A stretch of DNA of 64,000 nucleotides from NCBI GenBank assembly GCA_963767125.1, contig CAVYDB010000049.1, positions 125,171 to 189,170 of the forward strand, written 5' to 3'. Under the pieces are notes generated by a model, which saw nothing but the letters and a program-made list of their open reading frames with translations, did no database searches and was not told the DNA's origin. Below, in pieces: positions 1-10,500 of the stretch; position 1 is the stretch's first letter, and every line of letters begins with the position of its first letter. This DNA comes from an uncultured Bacteroidota bacterium (GTDB taxonomy: Bacteria > Bacteroidota > Bacteroidia > JABEUT01). A program made the translations under genes and the position numbers.

Positions 1-2704
1 AGATAATCCTGCTGATAGCCGGCTTGTCAGTATCTTCTTAAAAAGCATTTATGGTGATAGAGCTTTCATTTCTATTGCTGATTCCTTAAGCATTGGACTG
101 GAAATGGCAGAACAAAACAAGCCGGATGTTATTATCCTTGACCTTTCGTTGCCGGATAGTGGCGGACTTGAAACCTTCACCAAACTTCACACTAAAATAT
201 CTTACATACCTGTAATAGTGCTTACAGGGCTGGAAGATGAGACCGTAGGGATTGATGCAGTGAAAATGGGTGCCCAGGATTTTTTGCAAAAAGGCGAAAT
301 AGATGAACGCATTTTAAAAAAATCTATTTCACATAGTATTGAAAGGCAGAAGTTACTCCGGGAACTGGCTGAAAATACCTATGCCTTGTATGCAGAAAAG
401 CAAAAACTATCCGAGGCCCAGGCGCTTGCCCATATTGGCAATTGGGAATGGGATATGGTTACCAAAGAAATAATATGGTCTGATGAATTTTACCGGATAC
501 ACGGAATGAAACCCGGTGAGGATAAATTATTTTCTGATACGATGACCTCGTTTATCCACCCCGAGGATCAAGATTATGTACAAAATGCTATTGGAAATGT
601 AATAAATACTGCTAAACAAGTAAACTTTACGTATAGAATAATTCGAAAAGACGGAGCCGTGCGGACACTTTTTTCAACCGGTGACGCGGTACTGGACAAT
701 GATGGAAAAACAATAAAACTTATTGGAACGGGGCAGGATATTACGGACCGTGTGCATGAAGAAGAAATGGAAAAGCTCGCTGTTGCAGCAACCCAATCCA
801 TTAATTCCGTAGCAATAATTGATGAAAATGGGACTGTGGAATGGGTTAATGAAGGTTTTACAGCCATTACCGGTTATGTATTGGATGAAGTAAAAAATAA
901 AAACATGGAGGCTTTAAAAGACAGAAGTAAAACAAAAGCCACAGAGGACTATACTTATTATAAAAAGGTAATTAAAGAAAAAAAACCTGTAACATACGAA
1001 AGCAAAAGTCACTCGAAAGCTGGGAAAGAGTACTGGATAATAACTACTTTGACCCCGGTATTGGACAATGAATATAATGTAAAACGGATTATAGCCATTG
1101 ACACCGATATTACGTTACGGAAACAAATGGAAGAAGATTTGCGGAAAGCAACCCAGGTGGCTGAATATTCGTTGCAAATCAAGGCACAATTTCTTGCCAA
1201 TATGAGCCATGAAATCCGCACGCCCATGAATGCAATCGTAGGGTTCACCGGGCTGATATTAAAAACCCCATTATCAGAAGAGCAAACTAAATACCTGAAT
1301 GCTATAAAAACTTCAGGAGAAAACCTGTTAGTAATTATTAATGATATTCTCGACTTTTCTAAAATCCAATCCGGTAAAATTCATTTTGAACAGACCAATT
1401 TTAGCATTACGAAAAGTATTTCATCCGTAATAGAGTTGCTGTTGCCTAAATGCCTTGAAAAAAACATAAAACTTATATATACCATCGAGCGGGACATTCC
1501 GGAATATGTTATTGGCGACCCTACCAGGCTGAACCAGGTCTTAAATAACCTGGTAGGAAATGCAATTAAATTTACTAAAAAGGGAGAAGTGAAAATTTTG
1601 GCTGAACTCGTAAAAAAAGATGGGCAAAATGTAGAAATAAAATTCACCGTATCTGACACGGGAATAGGAATTCCGGAAGAAAAAATACATTCTATCTTCG
1701 ATTACTTTACTCAGGCAAGCCCTGAAACTACGCGAAAGTATGGGGGAACAGGATTGGGACTTGCCATTGTAAAACAGTTAGTGGAACAACAAGGTGGAAC
1801 CTTGAAAGTGGAAAGTAAATTAAACTCCGGCACTGTTTTTGCTTTTAACCTGAGTTTCCCAGTTGGAATCGGGGAAGAAGAAACTACAGAACAAGAATGC
1901 ATATCGGTATGTGATATGAATAGTGAAGAGTTAACTATATTGTTAGTGGAGGATAATGAACTTAACAGCATCCTTGCAGAAAAGATTCTCACAGACTGGG
2001 ATTGGAAGGTAGATGTTGCTGAAGACGCTTTTATTGCGCTTGATAAAATAAAACAAAAAAAATATGATGTAGTGCTTATGGATATACAGCTTCCTGGAAT
2101 GGACGGATATGAAGCAACCCATAGAATACGCAATGATATGCCACCGGATAAAAGGAATATTCCGATTATTGCTATGACAGCTCACGCTCTTTCAAGCGAA
2201 GAAGAAAAATGCCTTAAATCGGGAATGAACGGATATATTTCGAAGCCCTTTGAACCTGAAAACCTATATGGGAAAATTATCGCGACACTTAAAATTAAAA
2301 ATAATTATCCGGTCATTCCCAGAAATACAAACTCCAATAGCGAGAAGGCAAAGTTATTGAGACATAGCAACCTGACTTATTTAAGAGGGATTGCAAATAG
2401 TAATAACGACTTTGTGGTACAGATGCTAAAAATATTTATAGATCAGACACCGCCTGCATTGGAAAGACTTGAAAAAGCAATTAACAGGAAAGATTGGACA
2501 TCTGTCAGGGCTATTGCCCATAAAATAAAACCTTCTGTAACATTTATCGGGTTAAAAGAAATTGAGAAAGATGTACCTGCGTTAGAAAACTATGCAGAGG
2601 CTAAATCAAATCTTAACCTGGTGCCTTCCTTATATAAAAAAATAAATAAAGTTTGCACAGAAGCTGTAGTGGAATTAGAAGAAGAAATCGAAAAATTAAA
2701 ATAA
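1..2704 (+). CDS. Hybrid sensor histidine kinase/response regulator, 5'-truncated by the window edge. Architecture is receiver, PAS repeats, HisKA, HATPase_c, receiver, Hpt.
   Basis: The frame is open from nt 2 and begins mid receiver domain (DVIILDLSLPDSGG). An H-box (MSHEIRTPMNAIVGF) and G-box (SDTGIGIPEE...GGTGLGLAI) are present. A second receiver (ILLVEDNELN...DVVLMDIQLPGMDG) and a C-terminal Hpt-like segment follow. Confidence 0.85.
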   Translation, partial: DNPADSRLVSIFLKSIYGDRAFISIADSLSIGLEMAEQNKPDVIILDLSLPDSGGLETFTKLHTKISYIPVIVLTGLEDETVGIDAVKMGAQDFLQKGEIDERILKKSISHSIERQKLLRELAENTYALYAEKQKLSEAQALAHIGNWEWDMVTKEIIWSDEFYRIHGMKPGEDKLFSDTMTSFIHPEDQDYVQNAIGNVINTAKQVNFTYRIIRKDGAVRTLFSTGDAVLDNDGKTIKLIGTGQDITDRVHEEEMEKLAVAATQSINSVAIIDENGTVEWVNEGFTAITGYVLDEVKNKNMEALKDRSKTKATEDYTYYKKVIKEKKPVTYESKSHSKAGKEYWIITTLTPVLDNEYNVKRIIAIDTDITLRKQMEEDLRKATQVAEYSLQIKAQFLANMSHEIRTPMNAIVGFTGLILKTPLSEEQTKYLNAIKTSGENLLVIINDILDFSKIQSGKIHFEQTNFSITKSISSVIELLLPKCLEKNIKLIYTIERDIPEYVIGDPTRLNQVLNNLVGNAIKFTKKGEVKILAELVKKDGQNVEIKFTVSDTGIGIPEEKIHSIFDYFTQASPETTRKYGGTGLGLAIVKQLVEQQGGTLKVESKLNSGTVFAFNLSFPVGIGEEETTEQECISVCDMNSEELTILLVEDNELNSILAEKILTDWDWKVDVAEDAFIALDKIKQKKYDVVLMDIQLPGMDGYEATHRIRNDMPPDKRNIPIIAMTAHALSSEEEKCLKSGMNGYISKPFEPENLYGKIIATLKIKNNYPVIPRNTNSNSEKAKLLRHSNLTYLRGIANSNNDFVVQMLKIFIDQTPPALERLEKAINRKDWTSVRAIAHKIKPSVTFIGLKEIEKDVPALENYAEAKSNLNLVPSLYKKINKVCTEAVVELEEEIEKLK

Positions 2705-2752
2705 TCTATATTTTATATAGGTTATTTTTTGGGGAAGAAAGCCCGATATTTT

Positions 2753-4072
2753 TTAAAACGCTTCTCCCGAATGTGCAAAAATACCCATTGATCCTCCCGA
2801 CCCATAGCCAAAGTCAATAGCAATATTAATGGCTGAATGCTTATTTAATTTAATACGGATTCCCGTTCCGGCTGCCGGTAAAATGGCATTAAAGCCTGTG
2901 CCTGGCCATTCCGAAACTGTTTGAGCATTTACAAATATTACTGCTCCGAATAATCCGGTATGGGTTAAATAAAAACGGTATTCAGCTTCTACTGATAATA
3001 AATTGTTGCCTTTAAAACGGTCTTGCCGGTATCCCCTGCCCTGGTTATTATAAGTATCCCATCCCGTACTTGGCAAATCAAGATAGGGAGGGGTGCCATT
3101 TATAACAATCCAGTTATAACTCCAAAATGCTAATACATTATTTGAATTTTTCCTCAGTTTACAGTATTTTCTAATGTCAATTATTAAAGATTGCCAATTT
3201 TCATCACTACCCATAATACTGAAATTACCCCGGTAAACAATATTTGCATAGAACCCTTTAGTAGGATTTATTGGATTATGCCGGGTATCAAACAAAGCAT
3301 TAATAGTTATACCCGATGAAGTTGATTTTTGAGTAAACCCATATAATTCAAAATCATCAACCCCTGCGGGCGGAACTAACTCCTTAATTTGCCAGTGATA
3401 ATCGAGCGCGTATCCTCCGCCCAGATAAAACCCCGGCAGCATTTTTTTCAGCACAGCTTCCCTGAGTAATAGATACTGGTACCCTAATTTATCTGCATCA
3501 TTCAGGCTACTGTGCCCTCCAAGCCCATAGGTATATTGAGTAAATTTATAATAACAAATCTCTCCCGGAAAGGCATATTTATTTTTTTTGCTCCAGATAT
3601 CAGTTTTTACAGGAAAATAAAGCTGGTTTTTTTGTGTGTAATTAACGGAAAAGCTAATACTGGAAAGCGTAACTAAATCCGGATTATCCATGTAAAATGA
3701 AGCTGCTGCTGAAACGGTTCCAATAAGCCCTGTGGTTGGTGAATACCCGATATTTGGCAGTACAGATTTATATAATTTATCTTTCTGCCTGGCAATAGAA
3801 TCAGGTTTACCAAAGAAAGGATAAAATATTCCACCGGTAAGCACATTCCCAATATCTTTTTGCCCGTTATTCAGCGAATCATTCGCTTTTTTTGCTCTAC
3901 GGGCACTGTCTGAAATAGCCTTATGTCTTTTGTGCACATGGCGGGAACCAATTTTAGAAGTGTTGCTTTGAGGTATATTCTGTTGAGAATAAACAGTAAG
4001 AAAAGCCAGGAGAAAAACATAACTTAAGAGATACCTCCCGGCAAAATAAAAATTGAAATCTTTATGCCGCAC
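2753..4072 (-). CDS. Outer-membrane beta-barrel protein, Omp85/Bac_surface_Ag-like, lying downstream of the giant adhesin genes
   Basis: It has an N-terminal signal peptide. It ends in aromatic residues (...HSGEAF), and the C-terminal barrel carries a Gly/aromatic-rich strand pattern (NQGRGYRQDRFKGNNLLSVEAEYRF). Confidence 0.55.
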   Translation of the reverse strand: MRHKDFNFYFAGRYLLSYVFLLAFLTVYSQQNIPQSNTSKIGSRHVHKRHKAISDSARRAKKANDSLNNGQKDIGNVLTGGIFYPFFGKPDSIARQKDKLYKSVLPNIGYSPTTGLIGTVSAAASFYMDNPDLVTLSSISFSVNYTQKNQLYFPVKTDIWSKKNKYAFPGEICYYKFTQYTYGLGGHSSLNDADKLGYQYLLLREAVLKKMLPGFYLGGGYALDYHWQIKELVPPAGVDDFELYGFTQKSTSSGITINALFDTRHNPINPTKGFYANIVYRGNFSIMGSDENWQSLIIDIRKYCKLRKNSNNVLAFWSYNWIVINGTPPYLDLPSTGWDTYNNQGRGYRQDRFKGNNLLSVEAEYRFYLTHTGLFGAVIFVNAQTVSEWPGTGFNAILPAAGTGIRIKLNKHSAINIAIDFGYGSGGSMGIFAHSGEAF

Positions 4073-4477
4073 CTTACATACTTTTCATCGCAATATAATG
4101 AAAATACCAGCAGTTTATATAAATAATGTAAAGGATATTTTGAATCGGGCGGAAATACAAGTGACATATAAAGTTAATTTCAGCATTTAAAAGAATAGGG
4201 AATAGACACTTTATCGGATAAAGCAGTAGAAAAATGGAGAATATTTTTCAATCTATAACCTTGGTATTGGACCAATAAATTCGTTCCTAATATTGACAGG
4301 AAGTTTTCCTTTCTTATTTAGCATATTTTTGAAAGACTATTAACATTCGAACTATTATCGGTTTTTTGCAAGCTGTTATAAGGAACTGCATGGTTTTTGA
4401 TCGATTTTAACTAAAATGCGACATAAATAAGGAGCAATTAATCAATGGGGCGGAAGTTGGAGTCTCCCCGGGGTCAC

Positions 4478-4520
4478 AAAAAAACAAAGGTTCCGGCATT
4501 AGCTGGAACCTTTATTTTAT
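4478..4520. terminator. Bidirectional rho-independent terminator hairpin (GGTTCCGGCATTAGCTGGAACC) with T-runs on both strands, 3' of giant gene 1
   Basis: A perfect stem-loop is followed by TTTATTTT on the plus strand and TTTGTTTTTTT on the minus strand. Confidence 0.5.
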
Positions 4521-4548
4521 AATAGCTTTTAGAAAAAAAGAATTAACC

Positions 4549-7500
4549 CTACTCTGTCTTTATTACTTTCTTTTGGCTTACCAAATTTCCTTCTTTATCT
4601 AATATTCGGATTAAATAAACTCCGTTTGGCTGGGTAGAAATATTTAACCATGTTGTTTCTTCATTGGCGTTAACGAAACATATTTTTCTTCCGGTATAAT
4701 CATACACTTCTATAATCATTCCTTTCATTATTCCGGCAATAGTAAATTGTCCTGTATTGGGGTTAGGATATAAGTTAACATTTCTGTCAGGGCAACACTG
4801 GCTTACAGAGCCACTATCTTCCCCATTAGTTTCAGGAGATTTAGTTTTAGCAGGTTGGGTAATAGTTATGGCTGCCATTGCTGTGCATTTGTGAGCATCA
4901 GTTACAGTAACCGTGTAGGTTCCGGCAGAAAGACCTGTTACTGTAGCCGTAGTCTTAGAACCACAATTGCTACTCCATTTATACCCATAAGGAGATACTC
5001 CACCACTTGCACTTGCAGTAGCAGAGCCATTTGTGCCTCCATTTGTAGTCACGTTCACTTGGGTATGACTAATGGTTATAGCTGTTGGTTGAGTAATTGC
5101 AGCTGACACCGATGCGGTACAGCCATTATGGTCTGTCACAGTCAAGGTATAAGTACCGGCGGATAGTCCGGTAGCGGTTGCGGTTGTTTTTCCATTATTC
5201 CAATGATAAGTATATGGGGATGTTCCTCCGCTCGACATACCCAGTGCTATTCCATTATCGCCTCCATTGCAAGTTAGATTGGTTATTCCACAAGTGGATG
5301 CACTCAAAGCTATTGCAGGTTGAGTTATAATTGCAGATGATGTTACCGTACATCCGCGATTATCAGTAGCAATAACGGTATAAGTTCCTGCTGAAAGACC
5401 TGTTACAGTAGCAGTAGTTTTTGAACCGCAATTACTACCCCATCTGTAAGTATAGGGTGAACTGCCTCCGCTAATAGTTACGGTGGCTGCTCCGTTGCCG
5501 CCTCCATGGCAACTTACACCGGTAACGGAAGCTGTTGCGCTGAGTGAAGCGGCTTTCCCAACTGTTACAGATGCTGTAGCATTGCATCCATTCTTATCCT
5601 TTAAAGTTATGGTATAAGTACCTGCCGACAACCCCGTGACTGAGGCTGTAGTTCTTGCACCAGTCCAGCTATAGGTATAGGGAGAAGTCCCTCCGTCCGC
5701 CGTTACCATTGCGCTGCCATTATTAGTGCTGCAAGCGCTTACATTTACTTCTGTAGTAATTATAGTAAGGGCTGTTGCAGGTTGTGTAATTGTTACGGAA
5801 GCAGTTCCGCTGCATCCACCGGCACTCTTTATAGTTACACTGTAAGTACCCGCTGAAAGCCCTGTAGCAGAGGCTGTGGTCCTTCCATTGTTCCAGCTAT
5901 AGGTATAGGGTAATGTTCCTCCGCTTCCTACTGCTGCAGCGCTGCCATTAGCACTTCCATGGCAACTTATATTGGTTACAGATGCAATAGATACTCCCAT
6001 ACCCGATGTACTTTGAGTTATGGTAACCGAAGCCGAAGCGTTGCAACCATGATTATCGGTTACAGTAATAGTGTACGAACCCCCGCTTAGGTTAGTTGCT
6101 GTTAAATTAGTACCTCTGCCCGATGACCAGGAATAGGTGTAAGGTGAAATACCCCCTGTTGCAGCATTGGCTGTAGCGCTACCTGTGCTTGCACTACAAT
6201 TTCCATTAGTCACCGATGAAATAGTTATACCAACTGATAGTGGTTGCGTAATAGTGACCGAAGCTGTTGCATTACACCCATTAACATCGGTCACGGTAAC
6301 GGTATAGGAACCGGCACTCAACACATTTCCGGTAGGATTGGATGTTGAAACAACAGATGATGTTCCATTTGACCAACTATACCTGTAATTTCCACTACCT
6401 CCTGTAAAGTATGCCTGTGCATTTCCATTATTGCCTCCGTTGCACGATACATTTTGTAAGGCATTTGCTCCCTGTCCGGGTACATTTATAATTGTAACAC
6501 CTCCTGTACCAAAAGAATATCCACCATCGGAACCATTACCGAAATTCCAAAGTACGGATTCACTGTTAGTCGAAGGATTGAAATTGAAGAGAATTCCCTC
6601 ATTATTGTATTGGCCGCTATATGGAGTTACCCCATAAAATAAACCATCAGTGCTATTATATGTGAGGTCTCCAAATGGATTAGCACCATCACCGGGAGCG
6701 CCATCAAAACTCCACGCAACTGATTCGGCATTGGCGGTGGGGTCGAAACTGAATATTGCCCCCTGACCATTAGTTCCGCCGAAGGTTGCCATTCCGTAGT
6801 AGAAATTATTTGCCGGGTTGTAAACAAGGTCACCAGTGGGCTGCATAGCATCCGTTCCATTTCCAAAATTCCACTGAACGGATTCAGTATTTGCAACCGG
6901 GTTAAATTTGAAAATGGTACCGGCAGATCCATTCCATCCTGTATATGCTCCTCCTCTTGAGGTTAATCCATAAAAATTACCGTCTGAAGAATTGAATACT
7001 ATACTACCATAGGGATTCTGACCATCAGGGAGATTTCCAAAGCTATATACAACGGATTCTGAGCCGGCAGAAGGATTGAAACTGATGATTGTTCCATATC
7101 CATTGCTTCCTCCATTATCAGTCACGCCATAAAAAATATTATTTATCGGGTCGAGAACTAAACTGCCATAAGGGTTTGCGCCATCTGTACCAGTACCCAA
7201 AGTCCACAAAACAGACTCGGTATTGGTTATTGGGCTAAAGCTGAAAATAATTCCCGGACCGTTACCATTTGCCCCATTTGCAGTCATCCCATAAAACAGA
7301 CCTGTAGGAGCATAATAGATAAGATTACCCTGGGGATTCGTCCCATCTGCTCCGCTGCCAAAGTTCCACACAATGGTTTCGGCGCTGGTAACCGGATTAA
7401 ACTTTACAATTGTTCCTCCATTTTGTGTTCCTCCTACACTATTCATAGCATAATATGAACCATTATTGGGGTCTAAAATAAAGCGGTCATAAGATTCAGA

Positions 7501-10500
7501 CCCATCCGTTCCGCTTGTAAAACTCTTTAGTGTTCTTTCATTAGCTGAATCAATATTATAACTGAATATAGTTCCGTTGCCGTTTATACCACCGCCATAA
7601 GTCAATCCTACTATCTCTTGTTGCCCTGCTGTAAGTGGTGAAGGTTGTGTTATAGTAATCGAACCAATCGCGGTACATCCGTTAGCATCTGTAACGGTAT
7701 AACTATAGGTTCCCGCGGCAACTGTAAAGGTTCCTGTTTCGCCATAAGGAGATGTTCCTCCATTGCCCGAAACGGTAACCGTGGTAGTTCCACCATTGCA
7801 GGTGATTGCCCCATTTTGAGCTACAGAAGCTGTTAATGCTGTGGGCTCAGTAATAGTAACCGTACTGGTAGCCGAGCATCCGTTAGCATCGGTAGCCGTA
7901 ATTGTAAAAGTTCCGGCGGAAAGGTTGCTGGCTGTTGAACTGTTTCCTCCTCCCCCACTCCATGAATAGGTATAAGGACTGTTACCACCCGTTGCTGTAG
8001 CCGAAGCGCTACCTGTTGATACATTATTACAGTTAAGATTTGCTATTACAGATGCTGTCAGAGATACGGCGTCGGGCTGGGTGATGGTAAAAAAATCAAG
8101 CCGCACTGATCCGCCACAGCTATCAAACACTATTGCGGCATAGGAGCCGGCAGATAATCCTGTAGCACTTGCTGTTGTTTGATTATCGGGGACCCACTGA
8201 TAAGTATAAGGAGATCTTCCACCCGTCGCAATTATAGATGCAATTCCATTGTTCGCTCCGTTACAGGTTACATTGCTAAATGACAGGGAAGCGGATATTG
8301 GAACAGGTTGATGAATACTTACCGTATCGCTAATGTCACAGCCAGTCACTGAAAGAGTATAAGTTCCTGCAGGTTTATTGATTGTAGTCGTATAATTCGG
8401 TGTAGAACTAACTGCACGAACAAATCCACCGCCAGGTAAAGACCATTCTACCAAATAAGGAGGAAACCCCCCGACAATATTCCCTGTGGCAGTGCCATTA
8501 CCGCCATTGCACAAGGCAGGTTGTGAAGTGAAGGAGATAGTGGGAAGAGGAAGCAAATTAATGTCTGCACCTGCTGTGGCTGTGCAACCATTATTGTCTG
8601 TTACTGTTACCGTATAATTACCTGCAGAAAGATTACTTGCAGTGGCTTGACTGGAATTAGCATTCCATGAATAGGTATAGGGACTGATACCGCCTCCTGC
8701 TATTACTGTAGCGCTGCCGGTATTAAAGCAAGGACTGGAGTTGACAGGGGTTCCCATAGTAGCTGTTAATGCCGGAGACTGACTAATAGTTACCGAAGCC
8801 GTAGCACCACAACCATTATTATCGGTTACGGTTACCGTATAATTACCCGCAGCAAGATTGCTTGCAGTGGCAGTGGCTTGACTTGGATTATCATTCCATG
8901 AATAGGTATAAGGACTGTTACCGCCTCCTGCTATAACCATAGCGCTGCCAACATTACCACAAGAACTGGAGTTGACAGGGGTTCCCATAGTGGCTGTTAA
9001 TGCCTGAGCCTGGGTAATGGTTACTGAAGCTGTGGCATAACAACCATTAGCATCAGTTACAGTTACTGTATAATTACCTCCTGCAAGATTGCCTGCCATG
9101 GCAGTAGCTTGATTGGAGTTATCATTCCACGAATAAGTGTAGGGACTCTCCCCGCCGCCAGCTGTTACTGTTGCGCTACCGTTATTGGAACAGGCAGTAG
9201 CATTTTGATTAGCCGATATAGTTGCTGTTATAGCCGAAGGCTGGGTAATAATCGCAGATGATATTGCGGTACAACCATTATTATCTGTTACTGTTACAGA
9301 GTAAGTTCCTGCACCCAGGTTGCTCGCTGTTTGAGTAGTTTGACTGGAATTGTCATTCCAGGAATAGGTGTACGGACTTGTCCCTCCCCCTGCTGTTACT
9401 GTAGCCTGTCCATTATTAGCACAAGCAATGGCATTTTGGGTTACTGCCGCATTAGCGGTAACTGAAGATGCCGGTTGGTTTATTGCCACAGTGTAAGTTA
9501 CTCTTGTACATGTTGGTCCTATTCCGGTAACGGTATAGGTTCCTGCCGGCTCGGAAATTTGGTCTGAAAAATTTGCCGTGGCATACACAGTATGGTGATT
9601 GTATCCACCGGGACCCGTCCATGAAACCTCATATGGCGGAACAGCTCCGTTTAATGTCACTTCGGCTATACCGTTGTACCCATAGCATGGGGCCGGCTGA
9701 GAAGTAACGGTAATACTAAATGTGGCCGGTTGCGATACGCTAACCGAACTGGTTGCAGTGCAACCACTACTATCTGTTACTGTTACTGTGTAATTACCAG
9801 GCTTGATATTGTTCGCTTGTTGAGTGGTTTGCGAAGCCAAATCATTCCAGGAATAGGTATATGGACTTATGCCTCCATTTACGAGTACAGAAACATAACC
9901 TGAATCATAACAAGGTGTAGGATATCCGCTTACTATAGCCGTGGCAGTAATAGGCGATGGCTGGGTAATGGTAACTGAAGCCGTAGCACTACACCCATTA
10001 TTATCGCTTATCGTTACGGTATAATTACCCGCCGCAAGATTGCTTGAAGTAGCAGTAGCTTGACCGGAATTATCATTCCATGAATAGGTATAAGGACTGT
10101 TACCACCTCCTGCTGTAACCATTGCACTGCCGTTATTAGCGCAAGCCGTAGCATTTTGAATTATGGTGGCTGAGGCTGTAACAATAGAAGGTTGGGTGAT
10201 AGTTACTGAAGTAGTAGCGGTACATCCATTTACATCGGTTACCGTAACCGTGTAAGTACCTCCCGCAAGGTTGTTTGCCGTAGTATTAGTTTGTGAAGCG
10301 CCATCATTCCACAGGTATGTATATCCTCCATTGCCGCCTCCTGCCGTAGCCGTTGCGCTACCATTGTTAGCGCAAGCCGTAGCATTTTGAATTACGGTGG
10401 CTGAGGCAGTAACAGGAGAAGGTTGGCTGATAGTAGTGGAAGCAGTAGCTGTACAACTATTAGCATCGGTAACAGTTACCGTATAGGTTCCTGCCGGAGC

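Noticed and set aside
574-2185. Several 80-140 aa minus-strand ORFs inside the first sensor kinase gene, and similar antisense ORFs inside yfhO (36657..38148), the second sensor kinase (24393..25955) and the OmpA gene (51142..51943)
   Set aside because: They are nested antisense to genes with strong domain evidence and have odd composition. They are typical spurious ORFs of AT-rich DNA.
4400-4550. Possible tRNA or small RNA near the GGTTCCGGCATTAGCTGGAACC hairpin
   Set aside because: There is no cloverleaf, no T-arm GTTCRANYC consensus and no acceptor stem. It is better explained as a bidirectional terminator.
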